Assembly (NCBI RefSeq): GCF_963921235.1
Contig: NC_086097.1
Coordinates: forward strand, 3,658,001-3,722,000
Length of the DNA: 64,000 bases
Direction of reading: 5' to 3'
From: Mobula hypostoma
Taxonomy: Eukaryota
Position numbers and translations under genes: made by a program. Positions within the stretch are counted from its first letter, which is position 1, and each line of letters begins with the position of its first letter. Under the pieces are notes generated by a model, which was not told where the DNA came from, made no database searches, and saw only the letters and a list, made by a program, of their open reading frames with translations. Positions 23,700-35,860 of this stretch are shown here, piece by piece.

Positions 23700-25965
23700 C
23701 AAAATTAAGGAACTATTAGGGGCTAATGATCATTATATGATTTCACCCTGCAATTTGAGAGGGAGAAGATAAAGTCAGATGTATCAGTATTACAGTGGAG
23801 TAAAGGGAGTATTACCCTGAAGTATTTTTTCGGAGTATTAAAGGGATGTATCAGTAAAGTATTACAGAGGTATGAAAGAGGAACTGGCCAAAATTGAATG
23901 CAAAGGAACACTGGCAGGGATGACAGCAGAGCAGCAATTGCTGGAATTTCTGGGTGTAATTCGGAAGGCGTAGGATATATACATATCGAAGAAGAAGTAT
24001 CCTAAAGAGATGATAACACAACCGTGGCTAACAAGAGAAATCAAAGCCATCATAAAAGCCAAAGAGTAGGCTTATAATAGAGTAAAAATAGTGGAAAATT
24101 AGAAGACTGGGAAGCTTTGAAAAACCAGCAGACTTCAACTAAAAAAAGTCATTGAGAATGTAAAACTGGAATATCAAAGCAAGCTAGCCAATAATATTAA
24201 AGAGGATACCAAAATTTCTTCAAAAACTGTATATAAAATGTAGAAGAGAGGTGAGAGTGGATATCGGACTGCTAGAGAAAAATACTGGAGAGGTAGTAAT
24301 GGGGACAAGGAAATGACAGGTGAACTGAATAGGTATTTTGCATCTGTCTCACTGTGGAAGACACTAACAGTATGGTGGATGTTCCAGGTGTCAGGGGCAT
24401 GAAATATGTGAAGTTACCACAACTAGAGAGAAGATTCTTGGGAAACTGAAAAGCCTGAAGGTAGATAAGCCACCTGGACTGGATGGTGTACACCCCAGTG
24501 TTCTGAAAGAGGTAGCTGAAGGGATTGTGGAGGCATTAGTACTGACCTTTCAAGAATCACTGGATTCTGGAATGGTTCGAGAAGACTGGGAAATTGGAAA
24601 TGTCACTCCACTCTTCAAGAAGAGAGGAAGGCAGAAGAAAGGAAACTATAGTCTGATCTCGGTGGTTGGGAAGATCTTGGAGTTGATGTTAAGGATGTGG
24701 TTTCGGGGTACATGGAGGCACATGATAAAATAGGCCATAGTCAACATGGTTTCCTCTTGCCTGATAAATCAGTTGGAATTCTTTCAAGAAATAACAAGCG
24801 GTATAGACAAAGGAGAATCACTTCACAAACAAGAGAAAATCTGCAGATGCTGGAAATCCGAGCAACACACAAAATGCTGGAGGAACTCAGCAGGCCAGGC
24901 AGCATCTATGGGTCCTGTCCAAGGAGAATCGGTTGATGTGTACTTGGATTTTCAGAAGGCCTTTGACAAGGTGCCATATACGAGGTTGCTTAACAAGCTA
25001 CAAGCATGAATACTAGCATGAATAAAGCGGTGGATGATTGGCTGGAGGCAAAGAATGGGATAAAGGAAGCCTTTTCTGGTTGGCTGCCGGTGACGTGTAG
25101 TGTTCCACACAGGCTGTCAATGTATTGGAATGACAAAATTGATGGTTTTATTGCCAGGTTTGTGGATGATTAAGATAGGTGGATGGGTGGGTAGTTTTGA
25201 GGAAGTAGAAAGGATACAGAAGGACTTAGACAGATTAGGAGAATAGGCAAAGAAGTGTCAGATGGAACACGGTCAGAAAATGTATGGTTATGCACTTTGG
25301 TAGAAGAATTAAAAGTGTAGACTGTTTTTGAAATGGTGGGAAAATTCAAAAATCTGAGGTGGACTCCCTAAAGGTTAACTTACAAGTTGAGCCAAAGATG
25401 AAGAGGGCAAATACAATGTTAGCATTCATTGTGGGAGGACTGGAATAGAAAAATAATGATGTAGTGGGTGATTTGGAGAGGGTTCAAAGGAGGTTCATGA
25501 AAATGATTCCATGATTGAAAGGCTTGTCATACGAGGAGAATTTGATGGCTCTGGGCCTGTATTCACTAGAATTCAGAAGAATTAGAAGTGATCTCATTGA
25601 AACCCATTGAATGTTGAAAGGCTTCAGTAGAGTGGATGTGGAAAGGATGTTTCCTATGGAGGAGGAGCCGAAGACCAGAAGTCATAGCCTCAGAGTAGAG
25701 GGGCATCCATTGAGGAGAAATTTCTTTAGCCAGAGGATGGCAAATCTGTGGAATATGTTGCCACAGGCAGCTGTGGAGACCAAGTCACTGGATGCATTTA
25801 AGGCAGAGATTGATAGATTCTGGATTGGTCAGGGCATGAAGGGATACGGGGAGAAGGCTGGAGACTGAAGCTGAGAGGGAAAATAGATCAGCCATGATGA
25901 AATGGCAGAGTTGAGGCGATGAGCCAAATAGCCTAATTCTGCTGCAATATCTTGAAGTCTTATGG
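23700..25965 (+). mobile_element. Heavily degenerate CR1 ORF2 with a nested Penelope-derived fragment (24820-24920)
   Basis: Fragments EDWEIGNVTPLFKK, YLDFQKAFDKVP and RNFFSQRMANLWN. Insert flanked by AAGGAGAATC at 24810-24819 and 24921-24930. Confidence 0.85.
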
Positions 25966-26865
25966 TATTGGTAAATAAAATAAATAAGCAAACATCTACA
26001 TGGAGCGCTGTCACAGGAAAGCAGCATCAGTCATCAGGGAACCCCACCACCCAGGACATGCTCTCTTCTCACTGCTGCCATCAGGAAAAAGGTACAGGAG
26101 CTTCAGGAGTCACTCACCCCACCAGGTATAGGAACAGATACTACTCCTCAACCACCAGCCTCTTCAAACAGAGGGGATAACATCACTCAACTTCACTGAA
26201 CTGATTCCACAACCTCTGGGTTCACTTTCAAGGACTCTTCTTCTCATGTTCTCAATAATTTTTCCTTATTTATTATTAGTATTATATTTTCTTATATGTA
26301 TTTGCACAGTGTGTTATCTTTTGCAGGCTGGATGTCCATTCTGTTGGTGCCAACTTTCATGATGGTTACTGGATTTATTGAGTACGCCCTCAAGAAAACA
26401 AATCTCAGCATTGTATATGGTGATGTATATGTACTTTGAACTTTGAACTTTGAATTGCCTGCTACAGCCGGATGTAAACTTCCAGTGACTTTTGGACAAG
26501 CATGCCTCTGTCCCTTTAAACACAAACATTCCCCCATACCTAGCTACAAATACTCAGCATCTCTGCTTTCCCCATCATATTTTTCCATATTGTAAACCAT
26601 TTGGCATGTTTTTCCACCCACTAATTCATCATTTAGGGAAAATAATATGTTAATCCGGTACTTCCATTTCAGAAATTGGTGATCTGTGGATGTTCTGAAT
26701 TAGTCAAAGAAAATCAACATGTTTAAATCAACCTAACCAATTCCAAAGAAGCTTACCTTTGGTTCCATACAAGCCACGGTATCTGTAATGAGCTCTTCAG
26801 GCCTGTGTGGGGCGGTAGAGAGCAGTGGGTGCTGAGGTTTTTAGAGAAGCTGAATTGTTTAATTG

Positions 26866-27069
26866 GTGAACGCAGCAGGCTAGGCAGCATCTCTAGGAAG
26901 AGGTACAGTCGACGTTTCGGGCCGAGACCCTTTGTCAGGCCAAACGGTCTCGGCCCGAAACGTCAACTGTACCTCTTCCTAGAGATGCTGCCTGGCCTGC
27001 TGCGTTCACCAGCAACTTTTATGTGTGTTGCTTGAAATTCCAGCATCTGCAGATTTCCTCGTGTTTGTG
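26866..27069 (+). mobile_element. Penelope-derived fold-back element centred on hammerhead sequence
   Basis: About 65-bp near-perfect inverted arms (26865-26929 vs 26946-27010). TSD TTGTTTAATTG at 26855-26865 and 27070-27080. Confidence 0.85.
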
Positions 27070-28068
27070 TTGTTTAATTGATGTTTAATAACAGTTGTTA
27101 ATCATTTAGAATTCCTTGTGTTTCTCTCAGCTGACTTGATCTTTGTAATGAAGTCTCCTGATGCCTTCCGGTTAAGCTTGTTAAGTTTATTTCGATAAGC
27201 TTGGGGATTTCATGCTATTTTTATTATTTAAGTGGAGTACCAATTAGTGCTAATTGCAGGATCATAGTTGTGAGAATGTTATTTCTCACAGTGCGCTCAG
27301 CTGAGGCACCAATGTTCTTTTGGGATTATCAGGAATAAACTCTCATGGTTGTCTCTACAATGGAGTCTGTCTCTCCTCCGCACTTGGGTTTGAATATTGC
27401 CAGCTCACTTTGTGACAGGTACCGTTGTTTCTCTCATTTCTTTCTGTAAGAGATAAAGGTTCAAAGGTTGAATTTAATGTCAGAGAAATGTATACAATAT
27501 ACATCCTGAAATACTTTTTCTTCACAAAACATCCACAAAAACAGAGAAGTGCCCCAAAGAATGAACAGAAGTTAAACGTGAGAACCCCAAAGTACCCCCC
27601 CAGCTCCCCCTCCCGCGCGTAAGCGGCAGCAAGGCAATGATAAGAAGAGTAATTTATGAATTAAACTTATGAACATTTCCTTTCAAATTTCTCCTTAAAT
27701 AGACACTTTATAAAGAAATAAAGTGATAATGTACTTAACAAATCAGACTTCAGGGCATGGAGATGTAATCACTCATTATTCCATGGCTGCCTTGTACTGT
27801 TCCAAAGTGGCTGTAACCATAAAAACCCATCGGTGAGCTGCACGAGCATAAACTGCAAAGAAACCCCCTTCAATTGATCTCATCTGTCAATTTTTCTTTA
27901 AGGATATAGTTCAAGCTTATTCCAGAATTTTCCCAAGGAAAACTGCATCCTTTCCCAAAGCATTTGAGGAAATATTTGTCATGCAGTCCAATGACCCACG
28001 ACAGGGTCTCCATTGGTCAGTATTTACCATAGACAATGCATCCCGACTGTCTACATTTGATGTGCAAG

Positions 28069-28527
28069 CCAGGGCAGTACGATATGGAGAGCAAACCAGG
28101 GCAGTACGATATGGAGAGCGAACCAGGGCAGTACGATATGGAGAGCGAACCAGGGCAGTACGATATGGAGAGCGAGCCAGGGCAGTACGATATGGAGAGC
28201 GAGCCAGGGCAGTACGATATGGAGAGCGAGCCAGGGCAGTACGGTATGGAGAGCGAGCCAGGGCAGTACGATATGGAGAGCGAGCCAGGGCAGTACGGTA
28301 TGGAGAGCGAGCCAGGGCAGTACGGTATGGAGAACAAACCAGGGCGGTACGGTATGGAGAACGAACCAGGGCAGTACGGTATGGAGAGCGAACCAGGGCA
28401 GTACGATATGGAGAGCGAACCAGGGCAGTACGATATGGAGAGCGAACCAGAGCAGTACGATATGGAGAGCAAACCAGAGCAGTACGATATGGAGAGCAAA
28501 CCAGGGCAGTACGATATGGAGAGCAAG
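28069..28527. repeat. 27-bp minisatellite, 17 copies (CCAGGGCAGTACGATATGGAGAGCRAR)
   Basis: Units counted directly. It produces the repetitive ORFs (RAVRYGE)n, (PGQYDMESE)n and their antisense equivalents. Confidence 0.97.
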
Positions 28528-28855
28528 CTGTTGGCCACGTGGAGGCTCTCCCTCTCCATGCAGCTGATGAACTCAAAGGAACGGCAGAGACCAATATAGA
28601 TCGGAGGGTAGTGGCACTTGTGAGTCTGTTGGGGTCATCTATTGCATCCGGTGCTCCCGGTGTGGCCTCCTCTACATCGGTGAAACCCGACGCAGATTGG
28701 GGGACCGCTTCGTCGAGCACCTCTGCTCTGTCCACCACAATAGACAGGATCTCCCAATAGCCACCCACTGCAACTCTGCTTCCCACTCCCATTCAGATAT
28801 GTCCATACATGGCCTCCTCTACTGCCATGATGAGGCTAAACGCAGGTTGGAGAAG

Positions 28856-29562
28856 TGTAAGGGGGTTTCGATTTTTATGTTACTGCGGAGGCTAATTAAA
28901 ATGGCGTCTTTGTTATGTTAATCTGGGGAATGCGGCTTTGTTGTCTTAAATGCTGAGAAAGTTTGCGCTAGCAGCTTGTTGTGGTTTAGAGGGTGATAAG
29001 AAATACATTATTAACCAATTGGGATAGTTGTTATGGTTTTGGTGTATTTGAAGATACTGTATGCGCGGGGTTTTGGAGGCAGAAGGCGGGAGAGCGAGAC
29101 AGAGGATGGACGAGGTGCTGTGATGTCCGCTAACGGGGTCGGACCCCGAGCGGGACGTTCGGCGAGGAGACGGAGACGGGGATTCGTGTGGAGCGTCTGG
29201 TCGACCACCGTTGTTGGTCCCAGGCGGCCGGTCGAGGTGGTCCGGGGGGGGGGGGGGTCGCAGAGTGAAGAAGAAGGTCCTTGAGCTCCAACGGGTTTTT
29301 GTGCACGAAGAGATTGAACTTTGATAAGTGTGGAGCCTTTTATTTTCCTTTTATATTTTATTCTCTTTTAATTATATAGTTCCAGTAATATCTATAAACT
29401 GTAAATCATTTAATTGCATCTGGTGTATTGTCTGTTATTTGGGTGGGGTGGGGTACCTCACACAGCATCCACACAAACGAATTACCCAGTTTGGCGGGGC
29501 CGAGGCCGTTTCCCTAGACGACAGCGAGCCGAGCGACCCTGAGGGTGGCCGGGGGGGCTACA
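28856..29562. mobile_element. Solo LTR (707 bp, probably Gypsy-type)
   Basis: TGTA...TACA termini. 4-bp TSD GAAG at 28852-28855 and 29563-29566. Removing it restores the GIY-YIG reading frame. Confidence 0.88.
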
Positions 29563-29901
29563 GAAGCAACACCTCATATACCATCTAGGTAGTCTCCAGC
29601 CCCTTGGTATCAACATAGAATTCTCCAACTTCCGGTAATTCCCTCCCCCTCCCTTCCCCTATCCCTATGTCACTCTGCCCCCTCCCCCAGCTGCCTATCA
29701 CCTCCCTCATGGTTCTGCCTCCTTCTACTACCCATTGTGTTTTCCCCTATTCTTTCTTCACCTTTCCTGCCTATCACCTCCCTGCCTCCCTTCCCCCACC
29801 CCTTTATCTTTCCCCTTACTGGTTTTTCACCTGGAACCTACCAGCCTTCTCCTTCCCACCCTCCCCCACCTTCTTTATAGGGCCTCTGCCCCTTCCCTCT
29901 A

Positions 29902-29939
29902 CAGTCCTGACGAAGGGTTCCAGCCTGAAACGTCGACCG
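29902..29939 (+). ncRNA. Minimal type I hammerhead ribozyme motif (intact core)
   Basis: CAGUC-CUGACGA-AGG(GUUCCAG)CCU-GAAA-C-GUC^GACCG, with one stem I mismatch. Lies about 265 nt downstream of the GIY-YIG stop. Confidence 0.75.
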
Positions 29940-30589
29940 ATCTTTTCCACGGATGCTGCCCGACCTGCTGAGTTCCTCCAGCGTGTTATGAGTGTTACAC
30001 CGATATAGTTTGCCACTAGCAGTGTAGCAGGGCCTGCAGTCATTGTTGAACTCAGCATAGGACTGCCTTAGGAAGACCAGCTCTGGATTTTCCCTCAGGG
30101 TTTACTCCTAAAGACTTCCGCATGAGTGGGTATAGCCAGAAGGTAGCAGAGGTTTGAGATCAGAGCTTTCCTTCTCCTAGATGAGCTGCCAACCACGACT
30201 ACTGAGCCCAATCTGCCCAAAACGACTGGTTTTAAGGTTCCAGTAACCTGCCTTTGTCCCTTCTCCTGTCAGTAGAAACGACTCCACTGGCTTAGTAACT
30301 AAACCACACGTGAAGGCCAGGAGCTGGACTTGATTGTCTGAGACTAGCACATGTCAGAAATAATACCAAAGACTTAGTGGTTAGTAGGTCAATGTAAATT
30401 GTCCTGTGGATAAGTTAGAGTTAAATAGGTGAGTTGCTGGGTGGTGTGGTTCATTGGAAAGGAAGGGTTTGCTGTTGACTGAATCTTTAAATAAGTAAAT
30501 AGAATACCATCTCATTTCAGGACCACCTGCACAGTTAGGACTCCATGTTAGACCTTCGTTCATTGATTACAGATCCACCTTCAATATTA

Positions 30590-31330
30590 TAACTCTCAGC
30601 AAGCACGTCTCTAAAACCTTTGACCTGGAACTCAACATTCCCTTTGCAACTGGATCCATGACTTCCTGACCAACAGAATGCAGATGGTAACTAAGGCAAC
30701 AACACCTCTGCCATAATTATCCTCAACACTGGTGCCCCACAGGGCAATGCCCTCAGCCTCCTACTCTACTCCCTGTACACTCATGAACGTGTGGTCAGAT
30801 TGTGCTCAAACTCCACCTACAAGTTTGCAGATGATAGTGGGCCGTATCTCAAGTAACAATGAGTCAGAGTCCCGGAAGGAGATAAAAGGCTTAGAGACAT
30901 GATATCACAACAACACATGAGAGCCAGTCATTGACTTCAGGAATTGGGGATGAGGGGCTGGGTGGTAGAGTGCACATGCTCCTGTCTACATCAAAGGTGC
31001 TGAGGTCGAGAGGTTTGAGAACTTAACATCTCAATGTTTCTGTTTCCTCAGGAGGCTGCAGAAATTTGGCATATCCTCCTTGACCCTCAGCACGTTTTAT
31101 TGATGAACCATAGAAAGAATTCTATCTGAATGCATCACATCGCCCCTCCCAACAGGCAGAAGATGAAAAAAAGCCTGAAAGCACATTCCACCGAGCAGAA
31201 GAACAGCTTGTATCCAGCTGGTATGAGACATGAAATGGTTCTCTGGTACGATAAGATGGGCTCTTGTCCTCACGATCTACCTTAATGTGACTTTGCACCT
31301 TATTGACTACTTGCACTGCAACCGTTAGTC
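30590..31330 (+). mobile_element. Degenerate Rex1/L2-type RT fragment
   Basis: Decayed TGAPQG..LS.LLYSLYT and YKFADD coding remnants at about 30725-30836. Confidence 0.6.
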
Positions 31331-31351
31331 TGCATTGTTATTATTTTCCCT

Positions 31352-32335
31352 TTAGTCATAGTCATAGCCATACTTTATTGATCCAGGGGGAAATTGGTTT
31401 TCGTTACTGTTGCACCATAAATAATAAATAGTAATAGAACATAAATAGTTAAATAGTAATATGTAAATTATGCCATAATTTTGAAATAAGTCCAGGACCA
31501 GCCTATTAGCTCAGGGTGTCTGACCCTCCAAGGGAGGAGTTGTAAAGTTTGATGGCCACAGGCAGGAATGATTTCCTATGACGCTCTGTGTTGCATCTCA
31601 GTGGAATGAGTCTCTGGCTGAATGTACTCCTGTGCCCACCCAGTACATTATGTAGTGGATGGGAGACATTGTCCAAGATGGCATACAACTTGGACAGCAT
31701 CCTCTTTTCAGACACCACCGTGAGAGAGTCCAGTTCCATCCCCACAACATCACTGGCCTTACGAATGAGTTTGTTGATTCTGTTGGTGTCTGCTACCCTC
31801 AGCCTGCTGCCCCAGCACACAACAGCAAACATGATAGCACTGGCCACCACAGACTCGTAGAACGTCCTCAGCATTGTCCGGCAGATGTTAAAGGACCTCA
31901 GTCTCCTCAGGAAATAGAGATGGCTCTGACCCTTGTAGACAGCCTCAGTGTTCTTTGACCAGTCCAGTTTATTGTCAATTCGTATCCCCAGGTATTTGTA
32001 ATCCTCCACCATGTCCACACTGACCCCCTGGATGGAAACAGGGGCCACCGGTACCTTAGCTCTCCTCAGGTCTACCACCAGCTCCTTAGTCTTTTTTACA
32101 TTAAGCTGCAGATAATTCTGCTCACACCATGTGACAAAGTTTCCTACGGTAGCCCTGTACTCAGCCTCATCTCCCTTGCTGATGCATCCAACTATGGCAG
32201 AGTCATCCGAAAACTTCTGAAGATGACAAGACTCTGTGCAGTAGTTGAAGTCTGAGGTGTAAATGGTAAAGAGAAAGGGAGACAAGACAGTCCCCTGTGG
32301 AGCCCCAGTGCTGCTGATCACTCTGTCCGACACTA
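31352..32335 (-). mobile_element. Rex1/Babar LINE 3' fragment with an open RT C-terminal frame
   Basis: ORF 31506-32333(-) reads STGAPQGTVLSPFLFTIYTSDF...LQKFSDDSAIVG...KYLG. AATAAA followed by an (ATGACT)n tail. A short tail copy of the same family is at about 63300-63372(+). Confidence 0.88.
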
Positions 32336-32419
32336 CAATTATGTTTTACAACTACAATTATACTTTACTACAATTATGCACTGTTGTAATGAATTCATGT
32401 GGACAAACATTGTGCAAGA

Positions 32420-35400
32420 ATATTCTGAAGGGAGGGGGCGAGCAGCCAGCTGTCTTGGTACATGTTGGTACCAATGACATAGATAGAAAAAGGGAGGAGG
32501 TCCTGAAGAGAGATTTCTGGGAGTTAGGAAGAAAGCTGAGAAGCAGGACCTCCAGGGTAGTAATCTCGGGATTGCTACTTGTGCCACATGCTAGCAAGGG
32601 CAAGAATAGTAGGATCAGGCAGATAAATGCGTGGCTGAGAGACTGGTGCAGGGGGCAGGGCTTCAGATTCTTGGATCATTCGGATCTCTTCTGTGGGAAG
32701 TATGACCTGTTCAAAAAGGACGGGTTACACCTGAACCCAAAGGGGACCAATATCCTGGTGGGAAGGTTTAAAAGAGCTGTTAGGGAGGGTTTAAACTAAT
32801 TTGACAGGGGGATGGGAACTGGAATGATAAAGCGGAGGAAGGGGAAAACAGAAATAAATCTAAGATAGTGAGCAGTAAAGATGTCAGGAAGGACAGGCAG
32901 GTGATGGGGCAAATTTGCAGCCATTGGGATGAATTGCAGTGCAATAAGATTGCAATGCAATCAAAGCAAAAAATACCAAATAGTGGTCTTAAGATGTTAT
33001 ACTTAAATGCACGCAGCATAAGGAATAAGGTGGATGATCTTGTCGTACAGCTACAGATTGGCAGGTATGATATTGTGGCCATCACTGAGACATGGCTAAA
33101 GGATGCCTGTCTCTGGGAGCTGAACGTCCAAGGATACACGGTGTATCTGAAGGATAGGCAGGTAGGCAGAGGGGGTGGCGTGACTGTATTGGTAAGAAAT
33201 GATATTAAATCATTAGAAAGAGGTGACATAGGAGGTGTAGAATCTTTATGGGTTGAGCTAAGAAATCGCAGGGGTAAAAGGACCCTGATGGCAGTTATTT
33301 ATAGGCCTTCTTACAGCTGCAGTGACGTGGACTAAATTACAACAGGAAATAGAAAAGGCTTGTCAGAAGGGCAGTGTTACGATAATTGTGGGGAATTTTA
33401 ACATGCCAGTGGATTGAGAAAATCAGGTCGGCACTGGATCTCGAGAGAGAGAATTTGTAGAATGTCGATCAGATGGCTTTTTAGAACAGCTTGTTGTTGA
33501 GGCCACTAGGGGATTGGCTGTACTGGATTGGGTATTGTGTAATGAACCGGAGGTGATTAGAGAGATTGAGGTGAAGGAACCCTTAGGAAACAGTGATCAT
33601 AACATGATTGAGTTCACTGTCAAATTTGAGAAAGAGAAGCCGAAATCCGATGTGTCGTTATTATAGTGGAGTAAAGGAAATTACAGAGGCATGAGAGAGG
33701 AACTGGCCAAAGTTGACTGGAAAGGGACACTGGCGGGAAAGACGGCAGAACAGAGTGGTTGGAGTTTATGCGAGAAGTGAGGAAGGTGCAATACAGGTCT
33801 ATTCCAAATAAGAAGAAATTTTTGAATGCAAAAAGGATGCAACCGTGGCTGACAAGAGAAGTCAAAGCCAAAGTTAAATCAAAGGGGAGGGCATACAAGG
33901 AAGCAAAAATTAGTGGGAAGGCAGAGGACTGGGAAGTTTTTAAAAGCTTACAAAAGGAAACTAAGAAGATTCATTAAGAGGGAAAAGATAAACTATGAAA
34001 AGAAGCTAGCAAATAATATCAAAGAGGATATTAAAAGCTTTTTCAAGTATATAAAGAGTAAAAGACAGGTGAGAGTAGATATAGGACTGATAGAAAATGA
34101 TGCTGTAGAAATTGTAATGGGATGGCGGAGGAACTGAACAAGTATTTTGCATCAGTCTTCACTGAGGAAGACAGCAGGATACCGGACACTCAAGGGTGGC
34201 AGGGAAGAGAAGTGTGCGCAGTCACAATTACGACAGAGAAAGTACTCAGGAAGCTGAATAGTCTAAGGGTAGATAAATCTCTTGGACCAGATGGAATGCA
34301 CCCTCATGTTCTGAAGGAAGTAGCTGTGGAGATTGCGGAGGCATTAGCGATGATCTTTCAAAAGTCGATAGATTCTGGCATGGTACCGGAGGACTGGAAG
34401 ATTGAAAATATCACTCCGCTATTTAAGAAGGGGGCAAGGAAGCAAAAAGGAAATTATAGACTGGTTAGCTTGACATCGGTGGTTGGGAAGTTGTTGGAGT
34501 CGATTGTCAAGGATAAGGTTACAGAGTACCTGGAGGCATATGACAAGATAGGCAGAACTCAGCATGGTTTCCTTAAAGGAAAATCCTGCCTGACAAACCT
34601 ATTGCGATTTTTTGAGGAAATTACAAGTAGGCTAGACAAGGAAGATGCAGTGGATGTTGTATATTTGGATTTTCAGAAGGCCTTTGACAAGGTGCCACAC
34701 ATGAGGCTGCTTAACAAGATAAGAGCCCATGGAATTACGAAAAGTTACATGTGTGGATAGGGCGTTGGCTGATTGGCAGGAAACAGAGAGTGGGAATTAA
34801 GGGATCCTATTCTGGTTGGCTGCCAGTTACCAGTGGTGTTCCACAGGGGTCCGTGTTGGGGCCGTTTCTTTTTATGCTGTACATCAATGATTTGGATTAT
34901 GGAATAGATGGCTTTGTGGCTAAGTTTGCTGATGATACAAAGATAGGTGGACGGGCTGGTAGTGCTGAGGAAACAGAGAGTCTGCAGAGAGACTTGAATA
35001 GATTGGGAGAATGGGCAAAGAAGTGGCAAATGAAATACAATGTTGGAAAGTGTATAGTTATGCACTTTGGCAGAAGAAATAAATGGGCAGACTATTATTA
35101 AAATGGGGGGAGAATTCAAAGTTCTGAGATGCAACGGGACTTGGGAGTCCTCGTGCAGGATACCCTTAAGATTAACCTCCAGGTTGAGTCGGTAGTGAAG
35201 AAGGCAAATGCAATGTTGGCATTCATTTCTAGAGGAATAGAGTATAGGAGCAGGGATGTGATGTTGAAGTTCTATAAGGCACTGGTGAGACCACACTTGG
35301 AGTACTGTGGGCAGTTTTGGTCTCCTTATTCAAGAAAGGATGTGCTGACGTTGGAGAGGGTTCAGATAAGATTCACTAGAATGATTCTGGGAATGAGAGG

Positions 35401-35860
35401 GTTAACATATGAGGAACGTTTGTCCGCTCTTGGACTGTATTCCTTGGAGTTTAGAAGAATGAGGGGAGACCTCATAGAAACATTTCGAATGTTGAAAGGC
35501 ATGGACAGAGTGAATGTGGCAAAGTTGTTTCCCATGGTGGGGGAGTCTAGTACCAGAGGGCATGACTTAAGGATTGAAGGGCGCCCATTCAGAACAGAGA
35601 TGCAAAGAAATTTTTTTAGCCAAAGGGTGGTGAATCTGTGGAAATTGTTGCCACGGGCGGCCGTGGAGGCCAAGTCATTGGGTATATTTAAGGGAAAAAA
35701 TGATAGGTATCTGAGCAGCCAGGACATCAAGGGTTATGGTGAGAAGGCGGGGAAGTGGAACTAAATGGGAGAATGGATCAGCTCATGATAAAATGGCGGA
35801 GCAGACTCGATGGGCCGAATGGCCGACTTCTGCTCCTTTGTCTTATGGTCTTATGGTCTA
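32420..35860 (+). mobile_element. CR1 LINE: ORF1 SGNH C-terminus plus near-complete frameshifted ORF2
   Basis: HVGTNDI...[43 protein letters not shown] and FADD in successive ORFs; TCTTATGG tail. Confidence 0.92.

Larger units (their letters stand above)
28600..29998 (+). mobile_element. Penelope-like element 3' part: GIY-YIG endonuclease C-terminus plus pseudo-LTR
   Basis: GVIYCIRCSRCGLLYIGETRRRLGDRFVEH (from about 28630) continues after the LTR insert as KQHLIYHLGSLQPLGINIEFSNFR* (stop 29636-29638). TSD ACC(A/G)ATATAG at 28590-28599 and 29999-30008. Confidence 0.88.
27980..30350 (-). mobile_element. RTE-related (probably non-autonomous) element, split by a Penelope insertion and containing an expanded minisatellite
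   Basis: Minus strand near 30150-30195 reads GGCAGCTCATCTAGGAGAAGGAAAGCTCTGATCTCAAACC, resembling RTE-clade 5' UTRs (recalled, not searched). The halves join across the duplication ACC(A/G)ATATAG. Confidence 0.5.

Noticed and set aside
28069..28527. CRISPR array or repeat-protein gene
   Set aside because: Units are directly adjacent with no unique spacers, there are no cas genes, and the context is eukaryotic. The long ORFs in four frames result from a stop-free 27-bp unit.
28561..28595. CTGATGA motif as another hammerhead
   Set aside because: No stem II followed by a GAAA box downstream.
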